Below the pieces are notes generated by a model. That model was not told the origin of the DNA, did no database searches, and was given only the letters and a program-made list of their open reading frames with translations. The position numbers and the translations under genes are program-made. A stretch of 64,000 nucleotides of DNA. Origin: Hydrolagus affinis. Its lineage: Eukaryota. The stretch lies in NCBI GenBank assembly GCA_012026655.1, contig JAAILG010000051.1, positions 1 to 64,000 of the forward strand. Reading direction: 5' to 3'. Positions 51,208 through 63,444 of this stretch are shown in pieces. Each line of letters opens with the position of its first letter. The stretch's first letter is position 1.

Positions 51208-51406
51208 CAGTAGAAACCCGTTTATCCGGTTCCCTTGGGACCTGGTCAATGCCGGTTAAAGAGTGTGCCTGATATGCAGCCAAAAACACAAAAAAAAAAC
51301 ACTTTTCCGGATAAATTCCAGTTAATCGAATGCGGACTTTTTTTTGGCGGGGCCGGTTATACAGAAGTTATGGTTGATCGGGTCACGGATAAACGGGCTT
51401 TTACTA
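51208..51406. mobile_element. Tigger-like MITE, ~199 bp
   Basis: TA|CAGTAGAAACCCGTTTATCCG ... CGGATAAACGGGCTTTTACTA TIRs; right end mutated. Confidence 0.85.
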
Positions 51407-51620
51407 CATCCATCTTCCACTGAATCGACAATTACACTTTTTTTTCACAAAATCTTGGTCCTCTCTGAAGATACCATACGCTGACTTCAGTTCCATTTGC
51501 CCTCTTTTGAAACAAAAATTAAGTACGTATTTACAATTAATCTCTCTAAATTCAGCATTTCTAAGCACTGTCAATTATCTAACAGTGTTTAATTTCTGCT
51601 CCCAATATTTAGTAGTGTCA

Positions 51621-52052
51621 TTTTGAAGGCCATTCACGGTCTTGCCCCCACCTATCTCTCTGACCTACTGTCTCCCTATCAGCCTGCCCGCGCCCTCCGT
51701 TCAGCAGACTCAGGCCTGCTCCACATCCACCGCCCAACCATCGGTGGCTGGGCTTTCAGCCTCTCTGTTATACTGTGGAACTCCATCCTGCAGCTCCTCT
51801 GTCTTGCTTCGTCCCTTTCCTCCTTCAAGGCCAGTCTCAAGACCTTCATTTTCGACCATGCCTTCGGCTCCCCCACTAACTCTTCCCCCTCTCCTTCCCC
51901 CTACCCCGACCCTCCCCCCCCCCTCCCCCCACCCCACCCCCACCACACCCCCGCTCAGGTCCCGACCTGACTGTTCATCGCTTTGAGATGTTCTACTGAT
52001 GTAAAAGGCGCTATATAAGTGCAAATTTTTTTTTTTTTAATTGTTGTTGTTG
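51621..52052 (+). mobile_element. L2 3' end
   Basis: KAIHGLAPTYLSDLL...IGGWAFS...FKASLKTF; C-rich 3' UTR; stem-loop + (GTT)n tail. Confidence 0.93.
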
Positions 52053-53247
52053 TGTCAGCTGCCCGAGGTTGTCAGTCAAATAAGTCAAACAAATTGTCTC
52101 CCTTCATTTATTTGCAGTCTGTCTTAGTGCCACTTCCCTCACTTGTCAATCTGCTACTTCAATCAACATTCCCTTATTATCATCTCTGCCCTTCACCATC
52201 ACTTTGAACTGTACACTCACTTCCAGTTCCTTCAAAGGGACTTTTACTCAACAGGACAAGATTGTGTAGCAATTTTGGATAAAAGTGATCATTAAAAAGA
52301 TTGAATGTTATGTCTTAACTAGAAGTGATCCATGCCTCAGTAAAGATTAAAGCCATACAAAAAATATTCTTAGTCAAAACAATTCTGAATTGGATTGGAT
52401 TCTGTGTTCAAGTAAAATGAATCCAGTACATCTCTATTTTTTAATCTTCTGAGACGCACATTATATTCTTTTGTTATCCAAGGTGGCTTCTGTTTTATTG
52501 ACATGGTGCAAAGCCACAGAAGGATGCCTGTCATGATGACTTGAATATCTGTTCAGACTTGGTCTGTTGGCAAGAATTAGGTTTATAATGATTATGGTTT
52601 AAAAAAAAGTAATCAACTTTCACTGAGTATCTACTCAGAACTGTAAGCTGATGTGTATTACAAATCTAATGTTCTGCATTTCTGCAGAACAAAATGAAAA
52701 GGTTTGATATTGATAGATTCATAGATATACTGTGTTAGATATAATGATAGATTTTCTTTAAATAAACAATTTATGTATTTTTGACACCTGCAAAGGAATC
52801 TGTTAAGTGTTTGTAACACAATGTAATCAAACTACATTGTTAGTTATCAGTGATTGCTCAATATACTCAATATATACTCAATATACAATATACTGTACTG
52901 TATTCAGGATTATTTTCCCATTTCTTCCAGTTACTTGAATTGGTTTGAAGAAAATGGCTTTTTCACATAGTATCTAATATAAGGGCCCTCTTCATTCAAA
53001 TCCTAGCAGCTGATGTCAAAGATCTGGAGGCATGTTGCCTATGTTGCCTTCTGACTTATTTGTACATTACAGAGAAAGTAAGAAATGTTGAGTGGGTCTT
53101 GCAGGCTTCTCCCAAGTCAGAACAACATTATGGCCTCTAAGGACTACCTGAATGAAATTGCTTTTCCGTGGTGGTTTTTAAACATGAAGACAAAAATAAT
53201 ATTATGGTTTTGGAATATGATAATTCTATGTTTATATCCACCTCGTC

Positions 53248-53801
53248 AGCCTTCCCGGCTCTTCCCTTCACAAGCTGCAGATCACCCAGAACTCTGCAGC
53301 TCATGTCCCCTCCCTAAGCTCCACAGCCACATCACTCCCACCCTCGCCCAGCTCCATTGGCTCCCCATTTCCCAGAGGATCAAATTCAAGATCCTCGTCC
53401 TCACTTTCAAGGCCATTCATGCCCTTGCCCCGGCCTATCTCTCTGACCTGCTGACTCCCTGTCAACCTGCCCGCTCCCTCCGTTCAGTGAGCTCCAGTCT
53501 GCTCCATATCTCCCACCCAACCCACCTTGCCATTGGTGGCCGGGCTATCAGCCTCTCTGCCACCACACTCTGAAAATCCAACCCACAGTCCCTTCGCCTC
53601 GCTTCCTCCCTTACCTCCTTCAAGGCCGGTCTCAAGACCCTCCTTTTTGATCGTGCCTTCTGTCGCCCTTCCACCTCTCTCCCTCCCCTCTCCCCTACCC
53701 TGCGATTCCCCCGTGCCCCCTGCCCTGACTGTGCAGCGCCTTGGGACTTTCTCCCAACATAAAAGGTGCTCTATAAATGTAATTTTGGTGTTGTTGTTGT
53801 T
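53248..53801 (+). mobile_element. L2 3' end
   Basis: HITPTLAQLHWLPISQRIKFKILVLTFKAIHALAPAYLSDLL; tail ...ataaatgtaattttggtgttgttgttgtt. Confidence 0.95.
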
Positions 53802-53846
53802 AATAACCTTACCCAATGTATTTATCTACATTAATCTTCTACACAG

Positions 53847-53987
53847 GGAAGTCCAGCAAGTAGAATCAGGTATAAAGTTGATATGGCCCACACTCAGTAC
53901 AGTGCAAGTATCTTTGATGTGGAAGAGGACACAGGAAGAGTGATGACTCGGGTTAACCTCAATGAAGAACCCAGTTTGATTTTTGAG
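53847..53987 (+). CDS. PCDH15: PCDH15 exon (~exon 22, EC9), 141 nt
   Basis: acacag|GGA...GAG|gtaaac; [47 protein letters not shown]. Confidence 0.96.
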
Positions 53988-54112
53988 GTAAACAAATTAA
54001 AACAAATTAATATCTTTGTTTACAACATTTTGGGATGGCTATTTTCTTTCTGGTGATAGCTTAACGGAATAAATCGTTTCTGATTTTACTTCTTTGATTT
54101 CTTTTCATTTAG

Positions 54113-54225
54113 CTGGTTGTTATTGCATTTGATGATGGAGAACCTGTGAAGTTTAATTCTACTACAGTAGTCATCACTGTCCTCCAGCCATCAGTAATTC
54201 CACGTTTTACACAAGAAGAATACAG
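54113..54225 (+). CDS. PCDH15: PCDH15 exon (~exon 23, EC9-EC10), 113 nt
   Basis: atttag|CTG...AG|gtacta; [37 protein letters not shown](R). Confidence 0.95.
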
Positions 54226-54334
54226 GTACTATGTAGAGTACATTCACTGCTTAACATGCTTTTTTTTAATGCTGTTCAGTTTTACCTGACCTCAGTGACA
54301 TTCTGCAACTCCTCTTCAGATTACACCAGTGTAA

Positions 54335-54456
54335 TACATAAGAACATAAGAATTAGGAGCAGGAGTAGGCCATTCGGCCCTTCGAGCCTACTCCGCCATT
54401 CAATAAGATCATGCCTGATCTTCTCACCTAACTCTAATTACCTGCCCTATCCCCAA
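54335..54456 (-). mobile_element. CR1 3' terminus (second CR1 family)
   Basis: acataagaacataagaattaggagcaggagtaggccattcggcccttcgagcc; 8-bp terminal repeat on - strand. Confidence 0.85.
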
Positions 54457-55399
54457 TAATTACATATAATTTTTTTTAATGCCAACCAGCTAACTGACAA
54501 AGGAGCATTGATACTGATGTGGTAGTCATGGCCATATGAGTATATATTTAAAATATATTTATAGGTATTATTTATTGACTACTGTATAAGTTTTATATTA
54601 CAAGTTAGACGGTTAATTTTTAGATGTGTATTTTGTTTTTATATCCAACGGTGCTTTCAATCCATTTTCTTTTGCTGTGTTCAAGAGTTCTCTTGGACAC
54701 TTTTCTCCTGAAAAAGCTGTAATACATATGTGGGTGCACAGGGACGGTTTGTGTTTATGCCGCATTCTCAATGTGATCGGAAGGTCATTGCTGATTGTGC
54801 CTCACATGGCAGCAATAATGAGGCCTACAAAGCACACTACTGTATTCCACTAGCTGTTATTGCCTGTGGTGCTTTATACATTAGCCAGATGTTTAAGATG
54901 TCAGTTCAGCCAAATATTTGAATCTAGGGAGCCTTTTCGGATATTTTACAGTCCTTATTGTATTATGTTCAATTCTTCAACCAAAATCTGCATAAAAGCA
55001 CAGCTTTTTACAATTATTGATCCAGGCAGGGCCACATAAACTTGTAATTTGATTTCTGAGCATGTTGTATAGATATTTCCGACTAAGCAATTATCTTTCT
55101 CCCAATAGAACTTTCTAAAAAAATGAAACTAATGTAATCAATTCTATGGGTATTTAAATTGCCTTGTAAAAGCCCATTGCATATTAAAATACTTATATGA
55201 ATCCTTCAGAAGTACTTCCAAAAACATTGTAATACATGATACCCCTAACTACAATGCTGTACTTGTGAATTAACTTTATTTTTGAAAAACAATGCGTGCA
55301 AAACAGAATATCTACAATATATTTCACTTCTTGAAATCAACAAGTGAAAATGTAATAGCTGGTCACCACTTTAAGACTAAAAGACAGATGGTCAAACAG

Positions 55400-55661
55400 T
55401 TTCTCCGCTCCCACCCTATGGAATTCTATCCCCCAATCCCTCCGTCTCGTTTCTTCCCTTTCCTCTTTCAAGGCCGGTTTGAAGACTTTCCTCTTTGACC
55501 GTGCCGTTTGTTCCACCCCGAATTCTTCGACCTCCCCTTCGTGTTTCACCCCCGCCCAAACACTCCCCTCCCAGCTCGGGTCACACGCCTCCTGTGCAGC
55601 GCCTTGGGACGTCCTCCCGACGTGAAAGGCGCTCTATAAATGTAATTTGTTGTTGTTGTTG
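55400..55661 (+). mobile_element. L2 3' end with intact terminal stem-loop
   Basis: AGCGCCTT ggg ACGTC ctccc GACGT ga AAGGCGCT followed by ataaatgtaattt(gtt)n. Confidence 0.92.
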
Positions 55662-56262
55662 TACCTTCTTTGACATAAAGACTTCACTTAAAGGATTTTT
55701 GCACATTTGCCTGATCTCTCTGCTCTTGTCCCTGATGATATTACCTTGATCATCGGATATTGAAAATTATTTCCTTCTCCATTCTTTGCTCCCACATTTT
55801 AAATCTACAGTGGAAAGTGGGAATTCTCTATGTAATTTTCAGTTTACATAGAATTAGAGAGGTGCTCAATGTTTTTGAGGGTGATAATGCCTCTTAATTT
55901 TATGCTATTCCTCATGGTATAACTTAACATTGAATTATTAAGTAACATTATTCTTTTAAAAAAAAGCTTTGCAACAGTATTATTTAATTGATTGATTGTT
56001 CTAATTCACATGAACAAATTAGATTCAAAAATGGATTTTCCCTGATAACAAAAAATCTTTGAAACTTGTATTTATTATAAAATTATGTTAATTGGACTGA
56101 ATTTATATACATATATATATTTGTGTGTGTTTGATTGTTTTTATTGGCAGGGTATGCATATATATAATATATATATATGTACATTCCCACAAATCAAAAT
56201 CTACAAACTGACCCTTATAAATGAGTAAATAATAGACAATGACACAATATATTACTTGATTT

Positions 56263-56580
56263 TAATAATACTAATAATCCTTGCATTTGATATAGCGCTT
56301 TTCACATCTTATTGACATCTCAAAGCGTTTCACAGAATATACTGTAAAGTGAATTGACTGTATATTTGTGGGCAAAACACGGCAGCCAATTGCGCACAGC
56401 TCGGTCCCACAAACAGTCGTGGATTGAAATGACCAGTTTTTATTATTATGTTTTTTTTGGACGGATTATTATTAGGCGTGTGGAGTAAGGAAAATTGCCC
56501 ACGGTTTCGCCCTGATCTGCCTGGATTTAAACACAGGTCTCACAGTTGTAAAGCGAGTGCTCTAACCACTGAGCTACACT
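56263..56580 (-). mobile_element. tRNA-SINE, short subfamily
   Basis: Same junction (attattaggcgtgtggag) as the 3722 and 45917 copies. Confidence 0.92.
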
Positions 56581-57004
56581 GCCTTCAATCCTGCAGAAGT
56601 CACTGTGTATTCAATTAAAGCATGGCTGTTTTAAATATAATTATCTTTAACTTTGATGTTCCTTGTTCTTGTTTCTGTTATTTCCAATTGTCATTTTAAT
56701 TGAGATTAGGGTACTGCTGTGTTGAAGTTAACTGGTCTCAACATGAGTGAACTGAAGTAATATCTACAAAGTTGCATAGTGTCATGCTCCAGTTCATTGT
56801 CTTGTGTTCAGTTTATTGTGCTACCAAGCAAAACCTGACAGCATTTTTGCTAATGATATTTGTATTTCCTACTGGCCTATTAGTTACGTTTTGTCTGTAC
56901 TATATTCCTTTGTGCATTGATGTTGGGTTTGCATTCATGTTTCCTAGTAGTTTAGCAATTGGTTGTGATCAATATCCTCTTGATCCAGTGATAGGTTTGC
57001 AATG

Positions 57005-57290
57005 GTAGTATCTGTCAGCAACATTGGCAGAGTTTTCAATTTGTGTTTGATCCATGAAAGAATAATCTTGCATAATCCAAATTTGAGTCAGAACCCTGAC
57101 TCAAGGATGTGGCTGGTTCAGGCTCGTATAGACATCAAAATTTTCCAACACAATATTTGGATAATTCCCTCAGTGGATATTGTAAAAAGGGTCCACAGTC
57201 CACACACTTGATATTTTCCAAGACACCTTGGATAGTGACTGGAGGAAGTACCAAGGGTTCAGTTTCCTAGACTCTTCTTTTATTAACTTC
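57005..57290 (+). mobile_element. Very old LINE RT remnant
   Basis: cttgatattttccaagacaccttgga (LDFSKAFD-like) and gtgactggaggaagtaccaagggttcagtt (VTSGVPQGSV-like). Confidence 0.5.
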
Positions 57291-58321
57291 CTCATCATTA
57301 TAAGAACCACCTTTTCCTGTTACGTTTAGGCCAAGCTTTCTTTTCATTCTGACCCTTAACAACAGTTTCTTCTCCCCTAGTTTCAACCATCACTTTTCCT
57401 AAGTTTCTCCATTATCCAAACAGCCAGAATTATAATATGAACAAATTTCAATATATTCAAAAGAAGGACCCAATTTGAATGAAAACTAACAAAACAACAG
57501 TTTTCAGCCGAAGTAGTAGTATCAGTTTGTCTTTTATAATAGAAGCAAAGTTCATATACTGCAAATGTAGTTACAGCATTTGCATATTCTCTCATTGCCT
57601 TATTCACTTCACAATTACTTAACATTATGAATACTTTCACTTGGACTAAGGATGCTGAGTTGCTCATTTAATTTTCAGAACTGGTTGGTCAAACTAAATC
57701 TCATTTTGGCTGGTGCATGATGTTGGCTCCTTTCTATATAAAACAATTCAGTAAAGTGCTAATTAACAGATTAACAGATCAGAAAGATAAATGAATAAAT
57801 ATTCATGTCATGTATGTGAAATTTCTTCATCCTTTTAAAGCAAAACCTTCTTCTGGTGATAGTTTAAATTGGGTTCATAACAGTTTCTTGGTCTTACATT
57901 CAGAGCAATATAATTGTATCCATCTATACTCTAAGGACATTAAAGGTTTATGAATCTGTCATCCTCAGACTATACTGAACAAGTGTCCTGACTCAATAAT
58001 AAAAAGGAACATCTTTTAAATATGATTGAAATACATAACAGGTGTATATATGTTAATAACTAACTAAAAAAGTATGAAACATGCACAAGTACAATATTTT
58101 TAATGATGTACATTCACAATGATGCACACTCACCACATGCATTAAATATGATGAACTTATAAGTAATTTATCTTCAAAATCTATTTTTTATAAGGTGAAG
58201 GCTTTGGGCAAACTTTTTTTAGAGCATAACTTCAATAGATCAAAGAACATAACTAAAATGAGCGAAAATTAGAATTTGAATCTCTATGCTCCTTTTATTA
58301 ATTTTGAAAAGGAAAATTAAT

Positions 58322-58470
58322 AAAACCTTACATTGGTAACCTTACAGCGCCTTCCACTTCAGGAGGACATCCCAAAGGGCTTCACAGGATATACTCTAAA
58401 GTGAAGCATCTGTGTTTTTTTTTAGAGAATGTGATTCCAGTTTGCACACAGCAATGATCCACATAAAGCT
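58322..58470 (-). mobile_element. Deu/L2-tail SINE fragment
   Basis: acagcgccttccacttcaggaggacatcccaaagggcttcacag...cagtttgcacacagcaatgatcccac. Confidence 0.7.
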
Positions 58471-59863
58471 ACAAAGCCAAAGGGGTTTCACAAGCAACTA
58501 AACAGCTTTCTAGAAGTATAAACAGGGCTGTTACTAGATTTAAATCTAATGTGTCAAAGTAACATTTTGGAAATATGGATGGTAGGTTTACTGGACCATT
58601 GGTCTAGTGTTGCCTAACAATGTTATACATATAAAATATATAACTATAGTTTGTTCTTTGCTGTGAATTTCTTTTTGAAGTCCGATGGATAGCCCACGAG
58701 CCTTGCTTTTAACATTGTAAGCTTTTTTAAAAAACAAAATCTAACAGCTGTTATCTTATCTCTTTATGGGCTTAGTTGGCAAAAAGATCAGCCTCCAGAA
58801 AGTTGTAAATTTAAGTTAGACTTTCTTGCCACTCTGAATAGTCTTACAGCTGGAAGTGATACTTCCAAGAGTCTAACATTTAATGATGAAAAGAAAATGC
58901 AGTGAGTTTGGATAGGAAGGTATCGTTTTTTTAAAAAAAACAAAGATCATGAAAGTGACTTGTTTCATCAAACCTGTCAAAATCTGAATTACTTTTGTTC
59001 TGTTTTAAATATTTTAGAAGTATCCTGGGTCTGCAGTAGTTAATATCATAGCTATTCAGAATTCATAACATATTAGATAAGAGATTATTTTCCGCTCATT
59101 ATAATTGAAATTCTATATCTTAGATTGATGTTGCTGGTTGACTGTTCTTTTTCTTGTCTGGCAGTGCCAATTCTATATCCTTTTGCCCTGTCTTTAATCA
59201 ATGCTTTGTTTCTCTACTTCTTGAATGAATCATCGCCGTCTCCCTTTATCACGCAAGGATTATAGTACTGTATATTTATATATTTATTTGTTTACACCTT
59301 AAATATGAAAGATCACACCTTACCTGGGAATCGTTTTTTTGTTTCCTGAAGTGATGAGAATAGTCACTAGTTCTTTGTTGGTGCCACATCAATAATTTAG
59401 AATTTGCTACTCTCATTCATAACATTAAATATTTGAATCATGTACCTACCCACTCCGCATTTTTCTTTCTAATGAGACATTTGAACTGTTTGAGCTGCTT
59501 CTCATACATCAGTGATCAAAACCCCAGATGCATCCCAGTTGCTCTTTTCTCTTCAATCCCCAAGTCATTTGCGTGTGTGTGCACAGTTATCTCTGCATTC
59601 TCTACAACAGATTCCATCACACGGTGACAATCTGAGTTGTGGAAACCCTCAAGGAGGGGAGGAGATACTGGAAACAAACCCCAAGAGGAGGGAGGGAGGG
59701 AGGGGAAGCACTAGAGACAGACTTGAGGTGGTTTCTGGTGGGGGGGCACTAGATACCAGCTCTCGAGGGGCAATATTCAATTAGCTCCAATTGATAGCTT
59801 TAACTCTAGCACAGAGATCTTATTTAACCCTTAACTTTGTGGTTGAGGTGAAAGAGATGTAAA

Positions 59864-60080
59864 GCAACAACAACAACAAAATTACATTTATAGAATGCCT
59901 TTCATGTCAGGAGGACTTCCCAAAGCATTGAACAGTCATGGGTCGGGACCTGAGCATGGGGCGGAGGAGAGGGGGAGGGGGGATAGGAAGGAGTTGGGAA
60001 GAGAGGTGGGAGAGCGGCAGAAGGCACGATCGAAAAGGAGGTGGGAAGCGAGGCGATGGGTCTATGGGATAGAGTCTGTG
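59864..60080 (-). mobile_element. L2 3' end
   Basis: (caa)n aattacatttatagaatgcctttcatgtcaggaggacttcccaaagc...gaaggcacgatcgaaaaggag. Confidence 0.9.
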
Positions 60081-60599
60081 GGATATCTACGGAGAAGAAT
60101 TAACCTTACGTATGTAATCCATGGATTCAATGTGAATAGTCTGTTCCTTGTCATAATCCACCTTTGAAAAAGATGTGACTTCTTGTAATGTATGTCTGTC
60201 AGCGCTCTAAGTCTTCAGCAGGCATCACAAGATTTACAAAGGCTTAAGGCACACCATTATGTCTGTGCAGTGTTATAAGCTGTTTCTCCTGCCTATTATA
60301 CCATCTGACCAACAGTATCATCACCTGCTTCATGTATGCAGAATTTTAAATGCTACTTGGTGAACCAGAGTTAGTGAAGGGCATATTAAGCTATCTCCCG
60401 CCTCTAAATGTCCCAGAAAATGTCTTGAAGTCTTTTTGTGCTCCTCAAAACTGCTAGGATGGTTATTTTTGACAGGTCTGATTTGTTAATAGGTGCCTAG
60501 AGTCGCAGTTTATAACGTTTAGAATAAAATTGCGATTCAGCTCTCCAATAGTGATATCTGCTAAAATCCTTAAAATAATCCTAGCAGTTAATATCATAC

Positions 60600-60780
60600 C
60601 TGATCACATCGTCTCAAAGCGCTTCCAAGGAATTTACTGTGAAGTATAGTGACAGCCAATTTGCAGACAGCCATATCCCACAAGCAGCCAAGAAGTGAGT
60701 GACCAATTTTACTTGTTGACCAGGATACCACGAGAAACTCCCTTCTCTTTCTTTGCATTGTGATTAGGATTGAACCTCAA
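60600..60780 (-). mobile_element. Old DeuSINE fragment
   Basis: gtctcaaagcgcttcc...cagccaatttgcagacagccatatcccacaa...gagaaactccc. Confidence 0.7.
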
Positions 60781-60989
60781 GATCTACAAATGTAGCTTTT
60801 AAACAGTGACATATACAAAATTATGTTGTCACTTGTACAGCCTTTAATTGATTTAGATGACTTTATTAATTATTTGAATGCTACAATTCATAAAATCAAT
60901 TGTGTTTTTTCAATTAACTTCCTGCCCCAGCCAACATAAATATTTATGGAACATCAAACTGATATATAGTATGCACATCAATATTTTCA

Positions 60990-61165
60990 TGGCTACAGAA
61001 CAAGAAGGTACACATTCCGGATTGTAAAAGGCTATTTCAGGACAGATACCCGGAAGTTTTTTTTTACACCGAAGGTAATTAATGCCTGCAGAAAGTTACC
61101 GAGCAGGTTAGTTAAGGCTTTGACACTGGATTCATTTAAGAAACAGTTTGACGCTGTAATGGGAG
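60990..61165 (+). mobile_element. CR1 ORF2 C-terminal fragment
   Basis: RTRRYTFRIVKGYFRTDTRKFFFTPKVINACRKLP...SFKKQFD. Confidence 0.8.
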
Positions 61166-62599
61166 GTCAACTTTCAAGGGAAACAAAAGGAAACATTATC
61201 TTGAGATAGATATTTGTTCAAATACCATGTACAGTATTAGCTTTGGGATAGATTTAAATGAAAGTGGTGCAATAAATTTGATTTCAGTGTATTTACTGTT
61301 GACTTATCTGCCATTTGGAACTAATGGCAAATAATGATACTGTTTACTAAAATTATTAAGATCCAATTGAAGTCATATGTTGGGCAGATTAGTATTAAAT
61401 ACCGACACATTTAGTTATAAGATGAAGTTTAGTTTATCGCTATCAATGCACGATTAAAGTATTCAGATTACTAGCCTTTACTTTGGAAAAAAAAAGTCAT
61501 AGGGGAGCATCTATCCTATTTAGATATGGCAGCTCTGAAGAACATCAAGAACTCAGGTAGAGACAATATTTCCCAACAGAATATATTAACTAAGAACTGA
61601 TTATGTGGCTTTTACTGAAAGATAGTGCCTTGAGAGATTTATGCTGAGCGGACTCCTTCTGATTGACTATGTCAGGATTGCAAAGTGAGTTACATTCTCA
61701 ATCTACGATTTTTCCCCTGTGTTACCTATAGTTGTGAAGGTCATAGCAGCTATTAGTTTCTGCATTATGGGCTTCATTCAAGCACATCCAAGGATTGTGC
61801 ATTCAGTTAACCATGTCACCTTGCATACAGTAAGTCACAGATGTTTTGTTCTGGGGGGCACATGTTACAATCCGATCTCCAGAGCTAAGGAAATGCAAGT
61901 CGACAGTCATCAATTTTGGGCATTTTCAAGAGCTCAATGTGATATTGACTTGACATGTGTTGAGTTAAATACAGCCGTGTATGATGTTTTCCATATTTAA
62001 ATTGAAAATGAATTTCCAAATGGGATATGCAGCCAAAGTTGGTGGTGTGCATCTGTAGATAAATTGCCTTTGGTCTTGTTCTTCGTGTTCCACACATGTG
62101 AAAAAGAAGAGATCAAAGTTGGTGTGTAGGTCACAGCACGGTTGATAACACTGGTACTTAAAACATTCCAGAGCATTTCCCTAACTGTGCAAGTGAGTGG
62201 TGGGAAAGCTGCATATTTAAATATTCTTGCACACAATTTGACCCATTCCTTCATATTTAATTGGAAGTGTAATCACAGAGGTTTTACCATGAGTCCTTGA
62301 TTGATAATAACATGTAGATCAAGATTCCTAATGTAGAGCATATTTATTGAACTGGAAGCCAGTTATAGAATATTTTGCAGATTTCTTTATCTGTTCTTTA
62401 TTTCTAGCCATTGGAAACTAAATACTGTAGTTGTATTTTAGAATCTTTGGGTCATATAAGTCATACAATATAGCTAGCCCATATGACTCACCAGGTATAT
62501 CGAATGCACGAGATATTAACAACTGAATGAAAATCTACATATTAAATACCTTGGACATAACCTGGAAGAGCCTATTTTTAAACTGTGTCCAACAATAAT

Positions 62600-62722
62600 A
62601 GTGGGTGTGTTTTGCCTACAAGACATACAGTGATTACACTTTATAGTATATTCTGTGAGATGCTTTGCAATGTCTCGAAGACCTGATAAGGCACCATATC
62701 AAATGCAAGGATTATTATTATA
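62600..62722 (+). mobile_element. SINE 3' half
   Basis: atacagtgattacactttatagtatattctgtgag...atatcaaatgcaaggattattatt. Confidence 0.8.
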
Positions 62723-63274
62723 GATTTATAATTGTTGAGTAAAGACAGGTCACATTTGCTGCTTGGTCTCACACCTTAATCCTCTGCACAGCATTTTTGC
62801 AAATGCTGTGTAAGGCATTGTTTGCTAAAAACTGACGTAATGCATTGAATGAATCCACATCGCCCAATGGGCTAAACTAACCACACCAAGGTCTCTTTCA
62901 GCCTCTTCCTTGGTGAGTTCTATCCCATCCATGGAGTGTGTGTATCTCTGTTTATATTTTCTACATGCAGAGCTTTAATGAATTTTTGTTTCTCCCCAGC
63001 GATCAGCCATGATCCATATCCTGTTGAGCTTTCATGTTGAGATTTTGGCTGTCTCCCCGAGGCCTGAAATTCCTCATGGGTTTAAAGTACAAGATCCTGC
63101 GAATTTTCAACAAAATTTAAATTCCATATTCATTTGGAAAGTACTTACTTGCACTTTTACAAAGTATGGAAAGTTGTCTTCCAAATTGAAACTAGATTTT
63201 AAAATTTAGCAAAAATCTGCATTTTATACTGTCTTAAAATGTAAAACTAAAACTATGAGAGATTATTATACTAC

Positions 63275-63385
63275 TAATAATAATCCCTGCATTTGATTTA
63301 TCTTATCACATCTTTGAAACATTTCAAAACGCTTTGCAGAATACACTATAAAGTGAATTGACTGTATATTTTTGTGGGCGAAATG
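63275..63385 (-). mobile_element. SINE 3' half
   Basis: aataataatccctgcatttgat...aaagtgaattgactgtatatttttgtgggc. Confidence 0.8.
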
Positions 63386-63444
63386 TGATAATAGCATGCT
63401 GTCCTCTACAAACTGAACAACCTTGCACTGGTTCTGTTAATATG

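Larger units (their letters stand above)
2244..54225 (+). other. PCDH15: Protocadherin-15 gene, internal portion (EC3 to start of EC10); gene extends beyond both window edges
   Basis: 15 exons splice in frame (2246 nt) into cadherin repeats with PCDH15-diagnostic motifs: [60 protein letters not shown]. Exon lengths and phases match the recalled human gene. Confidence 0.97.

Noticed and set aside
61700-62254. Overlapping ORFs suggesting a decayed transposase or antisense exon
   Set aside because: No recognisable motif or consistent splice signals.
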